Source of the DNA: Candidatus Gottesmanbacteria bacterium
Lineage (GTDB): Bacteria > Patescibacteriota > Microgenomatia > UBA10105 > UBA927
Reading direction: 5' to 3'
NCBI GenBank assembly: GCA_963711735.1
Contig: CAVQFA010000003.1
Location: 284,367-348,366 of the forward strand
DNA: 64,000 bases
Shown here: positions 9,332-18,350 of the stretch, piece by piece
Numbering within the stretch: the stretch's first letter is position 1
Layout: each line of letters begins with the position of its first letter
The notes under the pieces: model-generated
What the model saw: only the letters and a program-made list of their open reading frames with translations
What the model was told of the DNA's origin: nothing
Databases searched by the model: none
Program-made: the position numbers and the translations under genes

Positions 9332-9766
9332 ATGAATATAATTTCAAAACTAAAAAACAGAAAAGGATTTACGCTTATCGAATTGCTGGTAGTTATCGGT
9401 ATTATCGGAATCCTCGCAGCAGTTGTACTCGTTGCAGTTAATCCGGCGAGACAATTTGCCTCTGCACGCGATACGCAGCGGAGAGCTGATCTATACGGCA
9501 TAACGAATGCCATATATCAGTATGCGACGGAAAATAATGGCAATTTGCCCGTTATTATAACCGAAACACCAGGTCATATTGGTACCGGCGGTATCGATTT
9601 GGCGACAATAATAGTCCCGACGTATATTGCGGCAATGCCGAAAGATCCGTCAACCGGGACAGAAGCAGATACGCAGTACACAATCTACCGGGATATTAAC
9701 GGAAGAGTAGTTGCGAGTGCGTCAAGTGAATTAAATCCGGGCGCCAGCATCACCGTTATCAGGTAA
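9332..9766 (+). CDS. Type IV pilin
   Basis: Class III signal RKG|FTLIELLVVIGIIGILAAVV, ARDTQR, PKDP; strong SD-like GAAAGGGGGTG before ATG 9332. Confidence 0.93.
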   Translation: MNIISKLKNRKGFTLIELLVVIGIIGILAAVVLVAVNPARQFASARDTQRRADLYGITNAIYQYATENNGNLPVIITETPGHIGTGGIDLATIIVPTYIAAMPKDPSTGTEADTQYTIYRDINGRVVASASSELNPGASITVIR

Positions 9767-9816
9767 ACTTTGTACGCGATTTGATTACGCGTAATTGAAT
9801 ACGTAAGTATTTACAC

Positions 9817-9850
9817 AACCTTCCCTGCCAAGGGAAGGTTTGCGTTTTTT
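9817..9850 (+). terminator. Intrinsic terminator after pilin
   Basis: AACCTTCCCT-GCCA-AGGGAAGGTT 10-bp stem, then TGCGTTTTTT. Confidence 0.75.
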
Positions 9851-9911
9851 CCGTCAGTCAAACTCCTCTGCCATTGCAAAGAACACCCCGATTCTCTACA
9901 GTAAAAGTAGC

Positions 9912-10664
9912 ATGATGAAACAGCGCGATGATAATAAAATTATTCTTGTCACAGGTGCAGTGTTGGTCATTCTTGTGATTCTTGTTGTAGTTATAGTATC
10001 GCGAATCGGTAACAGATACGGATCGAATATCGCATCTGTTTCCAATCAGCCGCCCCCTGCGCAAAGCTCCCATACGGAGAAAGAAACGATTACGAGACTG
10101 CGCATTCAAAGGCCGGGAGAAAAAGGGTGTATGGAAGTCTCACCGGACGGTTCGGTACGCCAATATGCCGTATGTCAGGAAGAACTTGTGAGCGCCAGGC
10201 GTTTAAATGATGCCAAATACATCATACGTCTTATGAAACTTGTTTCTGAGGCAAAATACGCCGAGTATGACGGGACATCATACTGCAGTACGTATTTAAT
10301 TCACGTTGAAACAGAAAGCGGAACGAGGACATTTTGTGTGGACAGTGTAAACGGTGGGTCCGGCGGAGGAGGTACCGGGCCGGGACCGGGTGCTGATATC
10401 ATCAGAACAATTGAAGACATCATTGAGGAAATACCTCAGAATACTCCGACCCCAGGTCCGGGAGTCAGCACGTATCCAACGCCGACAATTTTTGGACAAC
10501 CGACAGATACTCCTACACCAACCGGTGAGGTATATATTACCCCGACTCCGGTACCAACCGGAACAAACAAAGGATTCACGTGTGATTTTGATGAAAATGG
10601 TGCCAGGAAGCCCTTTGCTGTTTCCGGTGTGGTTTGTAGTACGGATCCGATACCGATACCTTGA
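9912..10664 (+). CDS. Membrane-anchored surface protein with Cys pairs and Gly- and Pro/Thr-rich linkers
   Basis: N-terminal TM, six Cys, GGSGGGGTGPGPG and TPTP tracts; start set at ATG 9912. Confidence 0.75.
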   Translation: MMKQRDDNKIILVTGAVLVILVILVVVIVSRIGNRYGSNIASVSNQPPPAQSSHTEKETITRLRIQRPGEKGCMEVSPDGSVRQYAVCQEELVSARRLNDAKYIIRLMKLVSEAKYAEYDGTSYCSTYLIHVETESGTRTFCVDSVNGGSGGGGTGPGPGADIIRTIEDIIEEIPQNTPTPGPGVSTYPTPTIFGQPTDTPTPTGEVYITPTPVPTGTNKGFTCDFDENGARKPFAVSGVVCSTDPIPIP

Positions 10665-10731
10665 AGATTAATACATTAAGTAAATATATACCCTCACTAT
10701 TCAGAGACAGCATTTCAATGAAGCAGTATTA

Positions 10732-11493
10732 CTACAGAACAAAAATAATATAGAAAAGCGCAACGGCAATTCTGTACCACCCGAACGGTACAAATGAATG
10801 GTGTTTCACAAATGTGAGAAACGTCTGAACCGTGATATAAGCAGTGACAAACGCACCGATAAACCCGACAGCAAGAATTGCGTATTCCCCCGAGCTGAAT
10901 TGAGAAGATGACCGGGCAATGTCAAGAACGGTTGCGGCAAACATTGTCGGGATTGCAAGAATAAACGAAAATTCAACCGCCTCGGACTTGGAAAGTCCGA
11001 CATATAAACCGCCGACAATTGTCGCTGCGGCACGGGATACGCCCGGAATCATGGATATAGTCTGAAACAAGCCAATGACCAGGGCGTCCTTATACGTAAG
11101 TCCGGTCATATTTTTTTCATTATTATGAAATAGTCTGTCGACAAAAAGCAAAAAAATACCGCCCAGAAAAAGAAATACGACGACAACCCACGCATTTCCG
11201 ATGAGATATGTTTTAATGGCGGAGTAGAGTACGAGCCCGATTCCCATTGCGGGGAGAAATGCAACAAAAACTTTTTTCCAGAGGTTTACACCGAAAATAA
11301 CTTTTCGCCAGTATAAAAAAACTACTGAAAGTATGGCTCCGAACTGGATAATAATTTCAAAACTTTTGGCAAACTCCGTCTGCGGAATTTTGAGAATGTT
11401 GGATAGAAGTATCATGTGTCCGGTTGATGATACCGGTAGGAATTCCGTCACACCCTCAACAATTGACAAAATAATTGCATGTATGATTGTCAT
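10732..11493 (-). CDS. uppP: Undecaprenyl-diphosphate phosphatase
   Basis: EGVTEFLPVSSTGH and PGVSR motifs. Confidence 0.95.
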   Translation of the reverse strand: MTIIHAIILSIVEGVTEFLPVSSTGHMILLSNILKIPQTEFAKSFEIIIQFGAILSVVFLYWRKVIFGVNLWKKVFVAFLPAMGIGLVLYSAIKTYLIGNAWVVVVFLFLGGIFLLFVDRLFHNNEKNMTGLTYKDALVIGLFQTISMIPGVSRAAATIVGGLYVGLSKSEAVEFSFILAIPTMFAATVLDIARSSSQFSSGEYAILAVGFIGAFVTAYITVQTFLTFVKHHSFVPFGWYRIAVALFYIIFVL

Positions 11494-11496
11494 ATT

Positions 11497-12651
11497 TCAA
11501 CGATAGTACTTTTTCAGATACACGAATACCCCCAATATGAGCAATCCGGAAATGATGAATGGAATATCTTTATTAAGCAGATTAAACATGTAACCGCCGG
11601 CAATAGGACCCAAAATCCGTCCGAGGCTTCCGGCTGATGCAAGAAGTCCTAATGTTTTACCGTACTCTTCTTTAGGAACGTTTTCTGAGGAAAGAGACTG
11701 GATGACGGGATTTACCAGTCCGTTGCCTATGGGAATGAGAGTTTGTGAAATAACGAGTAAGTACGGGTGTATGGTAATAGCCAGGCTGAGAAGTCCGATT
11801 CCGAGAATTCCTGTAGCGTACACGAAAATCTTTTTTTCACCGATCTTTTTCAGAAGCCTCGGTAACAGTTGAAGTTGTACCGCAACCACCATAATACCGA
11901 TGTACGTAAAGACGAGTCCGGTTTGTGTCGGTCCGAAACCAAACGTATGCTCAGCCCACAATGCGAAATTACCCTGCATGAGAGAAAAAGCAAAGTTCAG
12001 CATAAAGAAAACGAACAGAAATAACCTGATGGGTGAACAGCAGAGAACTTCCTTAAACTCTGTCCATGTAAATTTCGTCTTCGGAGATTTTTGTGCAACT
12101 GTTACATTTACGGATTCCCTGAGAAACAGCACTGTCGTTATAATCGTAATGAGTGAGATGGATGCTGCAATGTATGCCGGAACAGCAAATCCCCATCGTG
12201 AGGATATTCCTCCTATTGCAGGACCGAAAATAAATCCGAGTCCGAATGCCGCCCCGATTAAACCCATGGCTCTCGCGCGGTTTTCCTTTGACGTGATATC
12301 GGAAATGTAAGCCTGGGCAATGGAAATATTTCCGCCGGTTGCTCCGTCTATAATTCTCGAGAGAAACAACAGCGGTATGGAATTAGCTACGCCCAATATC
12401 AAAAAACCCAAGAATGTTCCCAGTTGTGATATGATGAGTAATTTTTTCCGTCCGTAACGGTCTGAAAGCCTGCCCAAGATCGGTGCGGAAAGAAGTTGGA
12501 AAAATGAATACACTGCCGTTAATAACCCGATTACAAAAGGGTTGGCTCCGTATTTTTCACCGATAAACGGGAGCAGGGGAAGAATAAGCCCGAATCCTAA
12601 AAGATCGATAAATACTATGAGAAAAATCGTTATGAGATTTCTGTTATTCAT
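11497..12651 (-). CDS. MFS transporter, DHA1/TetA-like
   Basis: Motif A GRLSDRYGRK, GFIFGPAIGG, about 12 TM. Confidence 0.9.
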   Translation of the reverse strand: MNNRNLITIFLIVFIDLLGFGLILPLLPFIGEKYGANPFVIGLLTAVYSFFQLLSAPILGRLSDRYGRKKLLIISQLGTFLGFLILGVANSIPLLFLSRIIDGATGGNISIAQAYISDITSKENRARAMGLIGAAFGLGFIFGPAIGGISSRWGFAVPAYIAASISLITIITTVLFLRESVNVTVAQKSPKTKFTWTEFKEVLCCSPIRLFLFVFFMLNFAFSLMQGNFALWAEHTFGFGPTQTGLVFTYIGIMVVAVQLQLLPRLLKKIGEKKIFVYATGILGIGLLSLAITIHPYLLVISQTLIPIGNGLVNPVIQSLSSENVPKEEYGKTLGLLASAGSLGRILGPIAGGYMFNLLNKDIPFIISGLLILGVFVYLKKYYR

Positions 12652-12752
12652 ACTTTTCCGTTCATAAGAAAACCGGACAATAAATGTGTAATAACAAGTA
12701 TTTTATATCTCTGTGAATGGGATTTCCATGGTAAAACGAGTCTGCCGGAAGA

Positions 12753-13211
12753 CTATTTATGCAGCGTATCCGTGAGGGTGTGAGCCCACTTTTTAATCGA
12801 TTCGGTGTGTTTCTCCTGATTATAGAAAAATCCATCTATCCGAAGGGACGGAATTATGAGAGTACCGCCGGCGGATTTGATAAATCCCTCCAGAACATCG
12901 ACGCTTCCGCAAAAATGCGTGTACGATGAGTCTCCAAGACCCATGACGGCAAACTTTGTGCCGGTGAAAGATACCCCTTTTGCTTTATGTATAAATTCGA
13001 TAAAAAGCTCATGCGGTTGTCCTTCAAGTCCGTTTAGATCCCATGTTGGTGTGCAGAAAATGACAACGTCATAGGTTTTTATCTCATCGGGTTTCACATC
13101 TCCGGGTGACTTAACCCTAACAGTATGGTGTGAGGTAAGTTCCTGCGAGAGAATCTCACTTGCAGCCTGGGTACTTCCTGAATATGTAGCAAAAAGCTGA
13201 AGAATCCGCAT
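12753..13211 (-). CDS. Short-chain flavodoxin
   Basis: ATYSGST, TPTW, GLGDSSY-HFCG FMN-binding motifs. Confidence 0.9.
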   Translation of the reverse strand: MRILQLFATYSGSTQAASEILSQELTSHHTVRVKSPGDVKPDEIKTYDVVIFCTPTWDLNGLEGQPHELFIEFIHKAKGVSFTGTKFAVMGLGDSSYTHFCGSVDVLEGFIKSAGGTLIIPSLRIDGFFYNQEKHTESIKKWAHTLTDTLHK

Positions 13212-13220
13212 AGCCTGGAA

Positions 13221-13637
13221 TTATATTTTTATCCGGTACAGTTTCGTTCTGGATGCTCCGGTTTTTAATGTTGCCCGCACGATGAGCTCTGCATCTGCAA
13301 TATTGTAATGAGGTGTGCATACACCTTTACTGCATGTGCCAAAATACAGATCCCGTACTTCACTTGATGATGTCGGTATAAGCGTGCCTGTTGCTCCCTG
13401 AGCAATACCATTTGCATCATACGAGAGTTCATACGAGACGCTTTTTACCGACTGGAGGTTGAGAAACGTAACAATGACGGAATTTGTCGGTCGTGAAAGT
13501 TTTGCGCTTGAATAAGAAACAGCGCTTTTGCCGGATGCAGTTTTTCGGCGTACACGGAGTTTCGCAGCTATAACCGGACTGCCGGCAAGAGTAAGCACAA
13601 TAGCCGCTAAAACAATTACACTTAATCGTTTCATCAT
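13221..13637 (-). CDS. Secreted hypothetical protein
   Basis: Signal peptide; YELSY and GTCSKGVC motifs resembling a common CPR family. Confidence 0.75.
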   Translation of the reverse strand: MMKRLSVIVLAAIVLTLAGSPVIAAKLRVRRKTASGKSAVSYSSAKLSRPTNSVIVTFLNLQSVKSVSYELSYDANGIAQGATGTLIPTSSSEVRDLYFGTCSKGVCTPHYNIADAELIVRATLKTGASRTKLYRIKI

Positions 13638-13715
13638 ATCTTAATGGGAATATTATATACCATTCCTCCCCAATTTTCGTTTTTTCAGTATAACAAACCA
13701 TACACATGATATACT

Positions 13716-14378
13716 ATGAGAGTAATTATTGCGGATGAGCATATGAATAAGAAAGTACTCATAGTTCTCGTGACACTCCTTGTCGTTGTGATTATCTCCG
13801 TACCGCTTGTCTATTTCGGCATACGTTCCCGCACGCAGAAATCCTCTGACGCATCACGCTTAGGGGGAGTGACACCGACACAAACGCCCGATAAGTTGAC
13901 GACGTGGGAAGACCCGGCCGGGTTTACGTTTCAGTACCCCGAAGGTATAGTTGTCAATAAACATGATGAAGATACGGAAAATTATGCACATGTAGAATTG
14001 ACCCAGAAAGATCATCCCGGAAATGTTATCGTGTGGGTGAAAGATACGACGGCACAGGATATTCTGTCCTGGGCACGAACGGACGCGCGTTTTGCCGGTG
14101 CACCTTCGATTGATACGACACTCGGCGGAGAAAACGCAAAAAAATTTCTGCTTACCACTCCCAAACCTATGGCTGTCACCGGTACCATATTTGAAGGTCT
14201 CTTGTTCTCCGTAGAAGCCGATTTGGCAGATAAACCATACTGGGATAAGGTGTTCACGACGGTTACCGGAACATTTACTCTTATACCATTCGAAGAAAAT
14301 TCAACAAGTAATTCTTCGGCATCCGACAACACCGGCGCAGATTCGGGAACAATTGATGAAGAAGAAACTATAGAATAG
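13716..14378 (+). CDS. Membrane-anchored PsbP-like surface protein
   Basis: N-terminal TM, GFTFQYP, TTLGGENA, acidic tail; start may be 13743. Confidence 0.7.
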   Translation: MRVIIADEHMNKKVLIVLVTLLVVVIISVPLVYFGIRSRTQKSSDASRLGGVTPTQTPDKLTTWEDPAGFTFQYPEGIVVNKHDEDTENYAHVELTQKDHPGNVIVWVKDTTAQDILSWARTDARFAGAPSIDTTLGGENAKKFLLTTPKPMAVTGTIFEGLLFSVEADLADKPYWDKVFTTVTGTFTLIPFEENSTSNSSASDNTGADSGTIDEEETIE

Positions 14379-14544
14379 ACGCGTCCGGTGGGCATAATGT
14401 AGAGAAACCGCTCAGCATGTGATATACTACCCCTGTCCAAGGAAAGAAGCAGAATTGTCCGTGAGAAGAGGGTTTATTCCCAAATATTTTTCTCTTCAGG
14501 CGTGATAGTGTTTCTTCTGGTCCTCTGGAGAGAAAGGAGCCCAT

Positions 14545-14811
14545 ATGGCAGCGAATTTGTTTGTCGGCAATCTGGCTTACACTACAGATGATGCCAAACT
14601 TGCTGAAGCATTTGCTCAGGCAGGAACAGTCGCGTCAGCCAAAGTCATCAAAGATAAATATTCAGGCCGTTCACGCGGTTTTGGATTTGTCGAGATGTCT
14701 TCTGACGAGGAAGCCAAAAAAGCGATAGAGCTTTTTAACGGTAAAGACCTCGATGGCAGACCACTGGTTGTTAACGAGGCACGTCCTCCGCAACAGACAG
14801 CACGCACGTAA
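14545..14811 (+). CDS. RRM RNA-binding protein
   Basis: RNP2 LFVGNL, RNP1 RGFGFVEM, VNEARP; SD AAGGAG. Confidence 0.95.
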   Translation: MAANLFVGNLAYTTDDAKLAEAFAQAGTVASAKVIKDKYSGRSRGFGFVEMSSDEEAKKAIELFNGKDLDGRPLVVNEARPPQQTART

Positions 14812-14837
14812 AATAAAAAAATATTTTTATACAAGTC

Positions 14838-14863
14838 AAAGCCCTAAGGTTTCTTAGGGCTTT
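14838..14863 (+). terminator. Intrinsic terminator after RRM gene
   Basis: AAAGCCCTAAG-GTTT-CTTAGGGCTTT. Confidence 0.75.
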
Positions 14864-14882
14864 GCTGTATAATATGGCACAT

Positions 14883-15362
14883 ATGTCCGATGGGTTTCAC
14901 AGTCCAACATGGGGAGATATCACGTTGCCTTCTGTGCGGACGCATATTCTCGGGTTTATAAAAGAAGATATCCAGCGTGTTTACCGGTTAGTCATTGGTA
15001 CGGATTCACAAACGAAAAACGGAGACGGGGTGGATTTCGTAACGGCAATTGTTATCCATAGGGTAGGTGCGGGAGGTATCTATTTCTGGAAACGGACGTG
15101 TCTCGTGAAGCGTTTGGTTCTCCGGGAACGGATGTATGAAGAGGCTGCAAGATCCCTAGAGACAGCTGATAATGTTCTTGCACTTCTCAAAAGCGATGGT
15201 TTCACCCGGTATGACGTCGAAATTCATGTGGATATAGGTTCATTTGGGCCAACTCGGGACATGATTTCAGAAATTGTCGGTATGATACGCGGCGTAGGGT
15301 ATGCGGTGAAGATCAAACCTGAGAGCTTCGCAGCAAGCAAAGTGGCGGATAAATATACATAA
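14883..15362 (+). CDS. RNase H-like YkuK (DUF458) family protein
   Basis: IGTDSQ, EIHVDIG, IKPESFAASKVADKYT. Confidence 0.85.
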   Translation: MSDGFHSPTWGDITLPSVRTHILGFIKEDIQRVYRLVIGTDSQTKNGDGVDFVTAIVIHRVGAGGIYFWKRTCLVKRLVLRERMYEEAARSLETADNVLALLKSDGFTRYDVEIHVDIGSFGPTRDMISEIVGMIRGVGYAVKIKPESFAASKVADKYT

Positions 15363-15400
15363 TGGTACAATAGCGCGTAAGAGAAAGGAGAAACGCATTT

Positions 15401-15922
15401 ATGGCAAATAAAGCAATTATCGCGTTTGCAGTTATTATTCTCGGTGTCTTTGCCGGGTGGTATCTTTTCGGAGGAAAAGGGGGAATTCCGACATTTCCGG
15501 ATAGTAAAAGATTAACCCTGACTCCCAAGGCAACGCCGACAGCAGAACCGACAGGCACATACCAGTTTACAGAGGAAAATGCTAAAGCGACACCGGAACC
15601 TAATGTTACAAGTGTGACAAAAGGCGGGATCGAAGAAACGAAGTCTGCCGTATCACGCATAACCTTTACGGATACCGGTTTTACACCGAGCGTCCTGACG
15701 GTCAAAGTCGGAACCGCAGTGACATTTGTAAACCAGTCAAAGGTATCCATGTATGTGATATCTGCCATACACCCCACACACCAGGTTTTGTCCGGACTCA
15801 ATGAAGGGAAAAGTGTGGTAAACGGCGGCACATATACCTACACATTCAGCAAGGTAGGCACATGGAAGTATCACAATGAAAATAAGCCGGATCAAACCGG
15901 TGCTGTAATTGTGACGCAATAA
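15401..15922 (+). CDS. Membrane-anchored cupredoxin-like protein
   Basis: TM, Pro/Thr linker, GFTPSVLTVKVGTAVTF, HPTH, GTWKYH; no Cys ligand. Confidence 0.8.
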   Translation: MANKAIIAFAVIILGVFAGWYLFGGKGGIPTFPDSKRLTLTPKATPTAEPTGTYQFTEENAKATPEPNVTSVTKGGIEETKSAVSRITFTDTGFTPSVLTVKVGTAVTFVNQSKVSMYVISAIHPTHQVLSGLNEGKSVVNGGTYTYTFSKVGTWKYHNENKPDQTGAVIVTQ

Positions 15923-15936
15923 TATACAATGTTTTC

Positions 15937-17448
15937 ATGAGGTATCGAATCGGTTGGATATCAATTATCTGTGCCATCCTATCCGTCTTACTCATCGGCA
16001 TTATCCAATTTTCCCAACCCGTTATTATCGGAGCTGACGGATATCTCCACGGGAGAATGGCACTCATGCTCAGTGAGCAGGGATTTCTCAAAAGACTCCC
16101 GCAGGCCCAGTATTCCTGGTTTAATACCGACCGTTTCAGCGACAAAGATTTTCTGTATCACGTTTACCTCTATCCGTTTGTCCGTACATTCGGGTATATG
16201 ACCGGAACGAAAACCGGAGCATTTGCGGCAACCGCGATTCTTTACATTTCCGTTATCTATATCCTTTCCGTGTATACGGGCACCAAAATTCTTCCGTTTA
16301 TGACTGCAGGACTTTTTTTATCCGCTCAGTTTATACGGGATACGGCAGAAGCACGTCCGCTTGTTTTTGCACTAACTCTGACTGTGTGGGGTATACACTC
16401 AATTCTCAAAAAAAAGCCATGGGCCGTATTATTTGTGAGTTTGCTTTACGGTATGGTTCATCTCTCCGCATTTGTGTTACCTGTTTTTGCGTTCCTTTGG
16501 CTTTTAGTTTCGTGGGTGCAGGGTAAAGGAGGTACCCGGAAAATCTTTGTTGCATCCGTGTCGGGATATATCATAAGCTTTCTTCTCCACCCGAATTTTC
16601 CGAACAATATTTTTTTTGCCTACCTAAACGGGCTCCTCGTTCCCATCATGATACTTCGCGGATCAATCCTTGAGCTCGGTGCGGAATTTTTCCCGCTTAC
16701 GACCCGTGATACGTTTATCCGTTTCCCTTTTCTGGTTGCGGGTTTCGGGATTATGATTCTTTCATTTCTCGTGAGTCGGTCAAAAATTCGGTATGAATCC
16801 CGTATATGGGTTGTTGCTGTTTTATTTTTCGGTGTCATGGGACTTTTTTCCGTGCGGAACATAACGCACATGTATCCGATTGCACTTATTGCTTTCGGAT
16901 CACTCCTTCATGATACGGAGGGTATGCTTAAAGAAGTAAGCGATACACTCCGGAGGAGAGTTTATATCCTGTCGGCGTTGTTATTCGGAGGTATTGCCGT
17001 GTTTGCCCTTACCATGACGATACCGACCCTCCGAAACATGATGCGCTCCGACTTGATATACGACGCGCATTTCATACGTATTGCCAAAGTTATAGAAGCA
17101 CAGGTTCCCAAAGGTTCTGTTGTTTTTCATACCAACTGGTCTGACAGCCAGTACCTCATCGGACTTGCGCCGGAATACAGATACATAGAGACACTGGATC
17201 CTATTTATATGTATACGTACAATACAAAACTCTACACCCTCTACAGGAGTGTAAGTTTCGGTAATGTTGATAATGTGTATGGCGCACTGACAAAGGGATT
17301 TCATTCGTATTACGGGTACGCCGGAAAAAATTACTTCCGCGGGTTTATCGACAAAATCCGCAAAGACAGCAGATTTTCCATAATAGCGGAGGATGAATTG
17401 GGACTTCTGTATGGGATTTCCCAGAAATCTTCAGAAAATAAGAAGTAG
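15937..17448 (+). CDS. Polytopic membrane protein, probable GT-C glycosyltransferase
   Basis: DGYLH loop after first TM, more than 10 TM, soluble C-terminal domain. Confidence 0.6.
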   Translation: MRYRIGWISIICAILSVLLIGIIQFSQPVIIGADGYLHGRMALMLSEQGFLKRLPQAQYSWFNTDRFSDKDFLYHVYLYPFVRTFGYMTGTKTGAFAATAILYISVIYILSVYTGTKILPFMTAGLFLSAQFIRDTAEARPLVFALTLTVWGIHSILKKKPWAVLFVSLLYGMVHLSAFVLPVFAFLWLLVSWVQGKGGTRKIFVASVSGYIISFLLHPNFPNNIFFAYLNGLLVPIMILRGSILELGAEFFPLTTRDTFIRFPFLVAGFGIMILSFLVSRSKIRYESRIWVVAVLFFGVMGLFSVRNITHMYPIALIAFGSLLHDTEGMLKEVSDTLRRRVYILSALLFGGIAVFALTMTIPTLRNMMRSDLIYDAHFIRIAKVIEAQVPKGSVVFHTNWSDSQYLIGLAPEYRYIETLDPIYMYTYNTKLYTLYRSVSFGNVDNVYGALTKGFHSYYGYAGKNYFRGFIDKIRKDSRFSIIAEDELGLLYGISQKSSENKK

Positions 17449-17488
17449 AACATTTATTCAGAAATGTTAATGATTCCCGAGGTGCAAA

Positions 17489-17529
17489 CCTGCCTGCCGG
17501 CAAGGCAGGGCTAAATCACTCCAGGAGTG
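17489..17529. repeat. REP-like palindromes between convergent genes
   Basis: CCTGCCTGCCGGCAAGGCAGG (17489-17509) and CACTCC-A-GGAGTG (17517-17529). Confidence 0.65.
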
Positions 17530-18247
17530 GAGAATACATAAATTTGAATGTGGAGAGGATTTGGTCTGTGCGTTCTTTATTTACTAGTGTTGGTTCTGAA
17601 GTAAATAATGATATTTTTGTATTTCCTTTAAGGATATACGTAACATATCGGTTTCTTTCTCCCTTTATCTGTCCTTTAATTGCTTTATACCCATCTATGG
17701 TAGTATCTTCAATAGAATTAACAAGTAAGTCGCTTTTTAATTGCTGAAACTCAGACTCAGTTATTATAGACGTCTTTTGCCAAATAATATAAAGCTGATA
17801 AGCATTTTTCGATGGAACAGAATTATTGAACGAATAATTCTGAATATAGGCAGTAAAATCGTTGCCTGGATTTGACACTTCAGAGTGGACGGATAATTCA
17901 GGAGGAACTTTAAAATTTAACTGTAAAGGTGAAAATGTATATGATTGCCAATCTGCTGTGAGGTTTGGAACAGAAGCAGGGCATGGTGCAAATTCACAAT
18001 TAGGACCGGTTCTCCCAACAGAAGACCCGTCAGGACAGAGCTTTGCTTCCATAGTACAAGCCGTTGGGGCAGGGAATGATAATGGTTTGGTAGCCAAATA
18101 ATATCCACCTATACCACCAATACCGAAAAGTAATACCCCTAAGAGCACAATAACTAAAGGATGTATGGATTTTTTTGTTTGCATTGGAATTACAGGGGGA
18201 GAAGGTTCCTGAGGAATGGGTTGAACCGGTTGTGGATTATCAGTCAT
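17516..18247 (-). CDS. Membrane-anchored surface protein with Cys-rich minidomain and PsbP-like domain
   Basis: Pro-rich N-terminus, TM, CTMEAKLCPDGSSVGRTGPNCEFAPCP, DQILSTFKF. Confidence 0.8.
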   Translation of the reverse strand: MTDNPQPVQPIPQEPSPPVIPMQTKKSIHPLVIVLLGVLLFGIGGIGGYYLATKPLSFPAPTACTMEAKLCPDGSSVGRTGPNCEFAPCPASVPNLTADWQSYTFSPLQLNFKVPPELSVHSEVSNPGNDFTAYIQNYSFNNSVPSKNAYQLYIIWQKTSIITESEFQQLKSDLLVNSIEDTTIDGYKAIKGQIKGERNRYVTYILKGNTKISLFTSEPTLVNKERTDQILSTFKFMYSPLLE

Positions 18248-18350
18248 ATATTCAATATACCATAGACATAGAATCGATTGATGATAATATGTTCAAACAT
18301 CGTATACCCGACAGAGTAAATAGGTTGAAGCTTCGATCATTAAAAGTTGA

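Noticed and set aside
11497-12651. Tetracycline resistance gene
   Set aside because: Only generic DHA1 motifs; substrate cannot be inferred; no tetR or mobile context.
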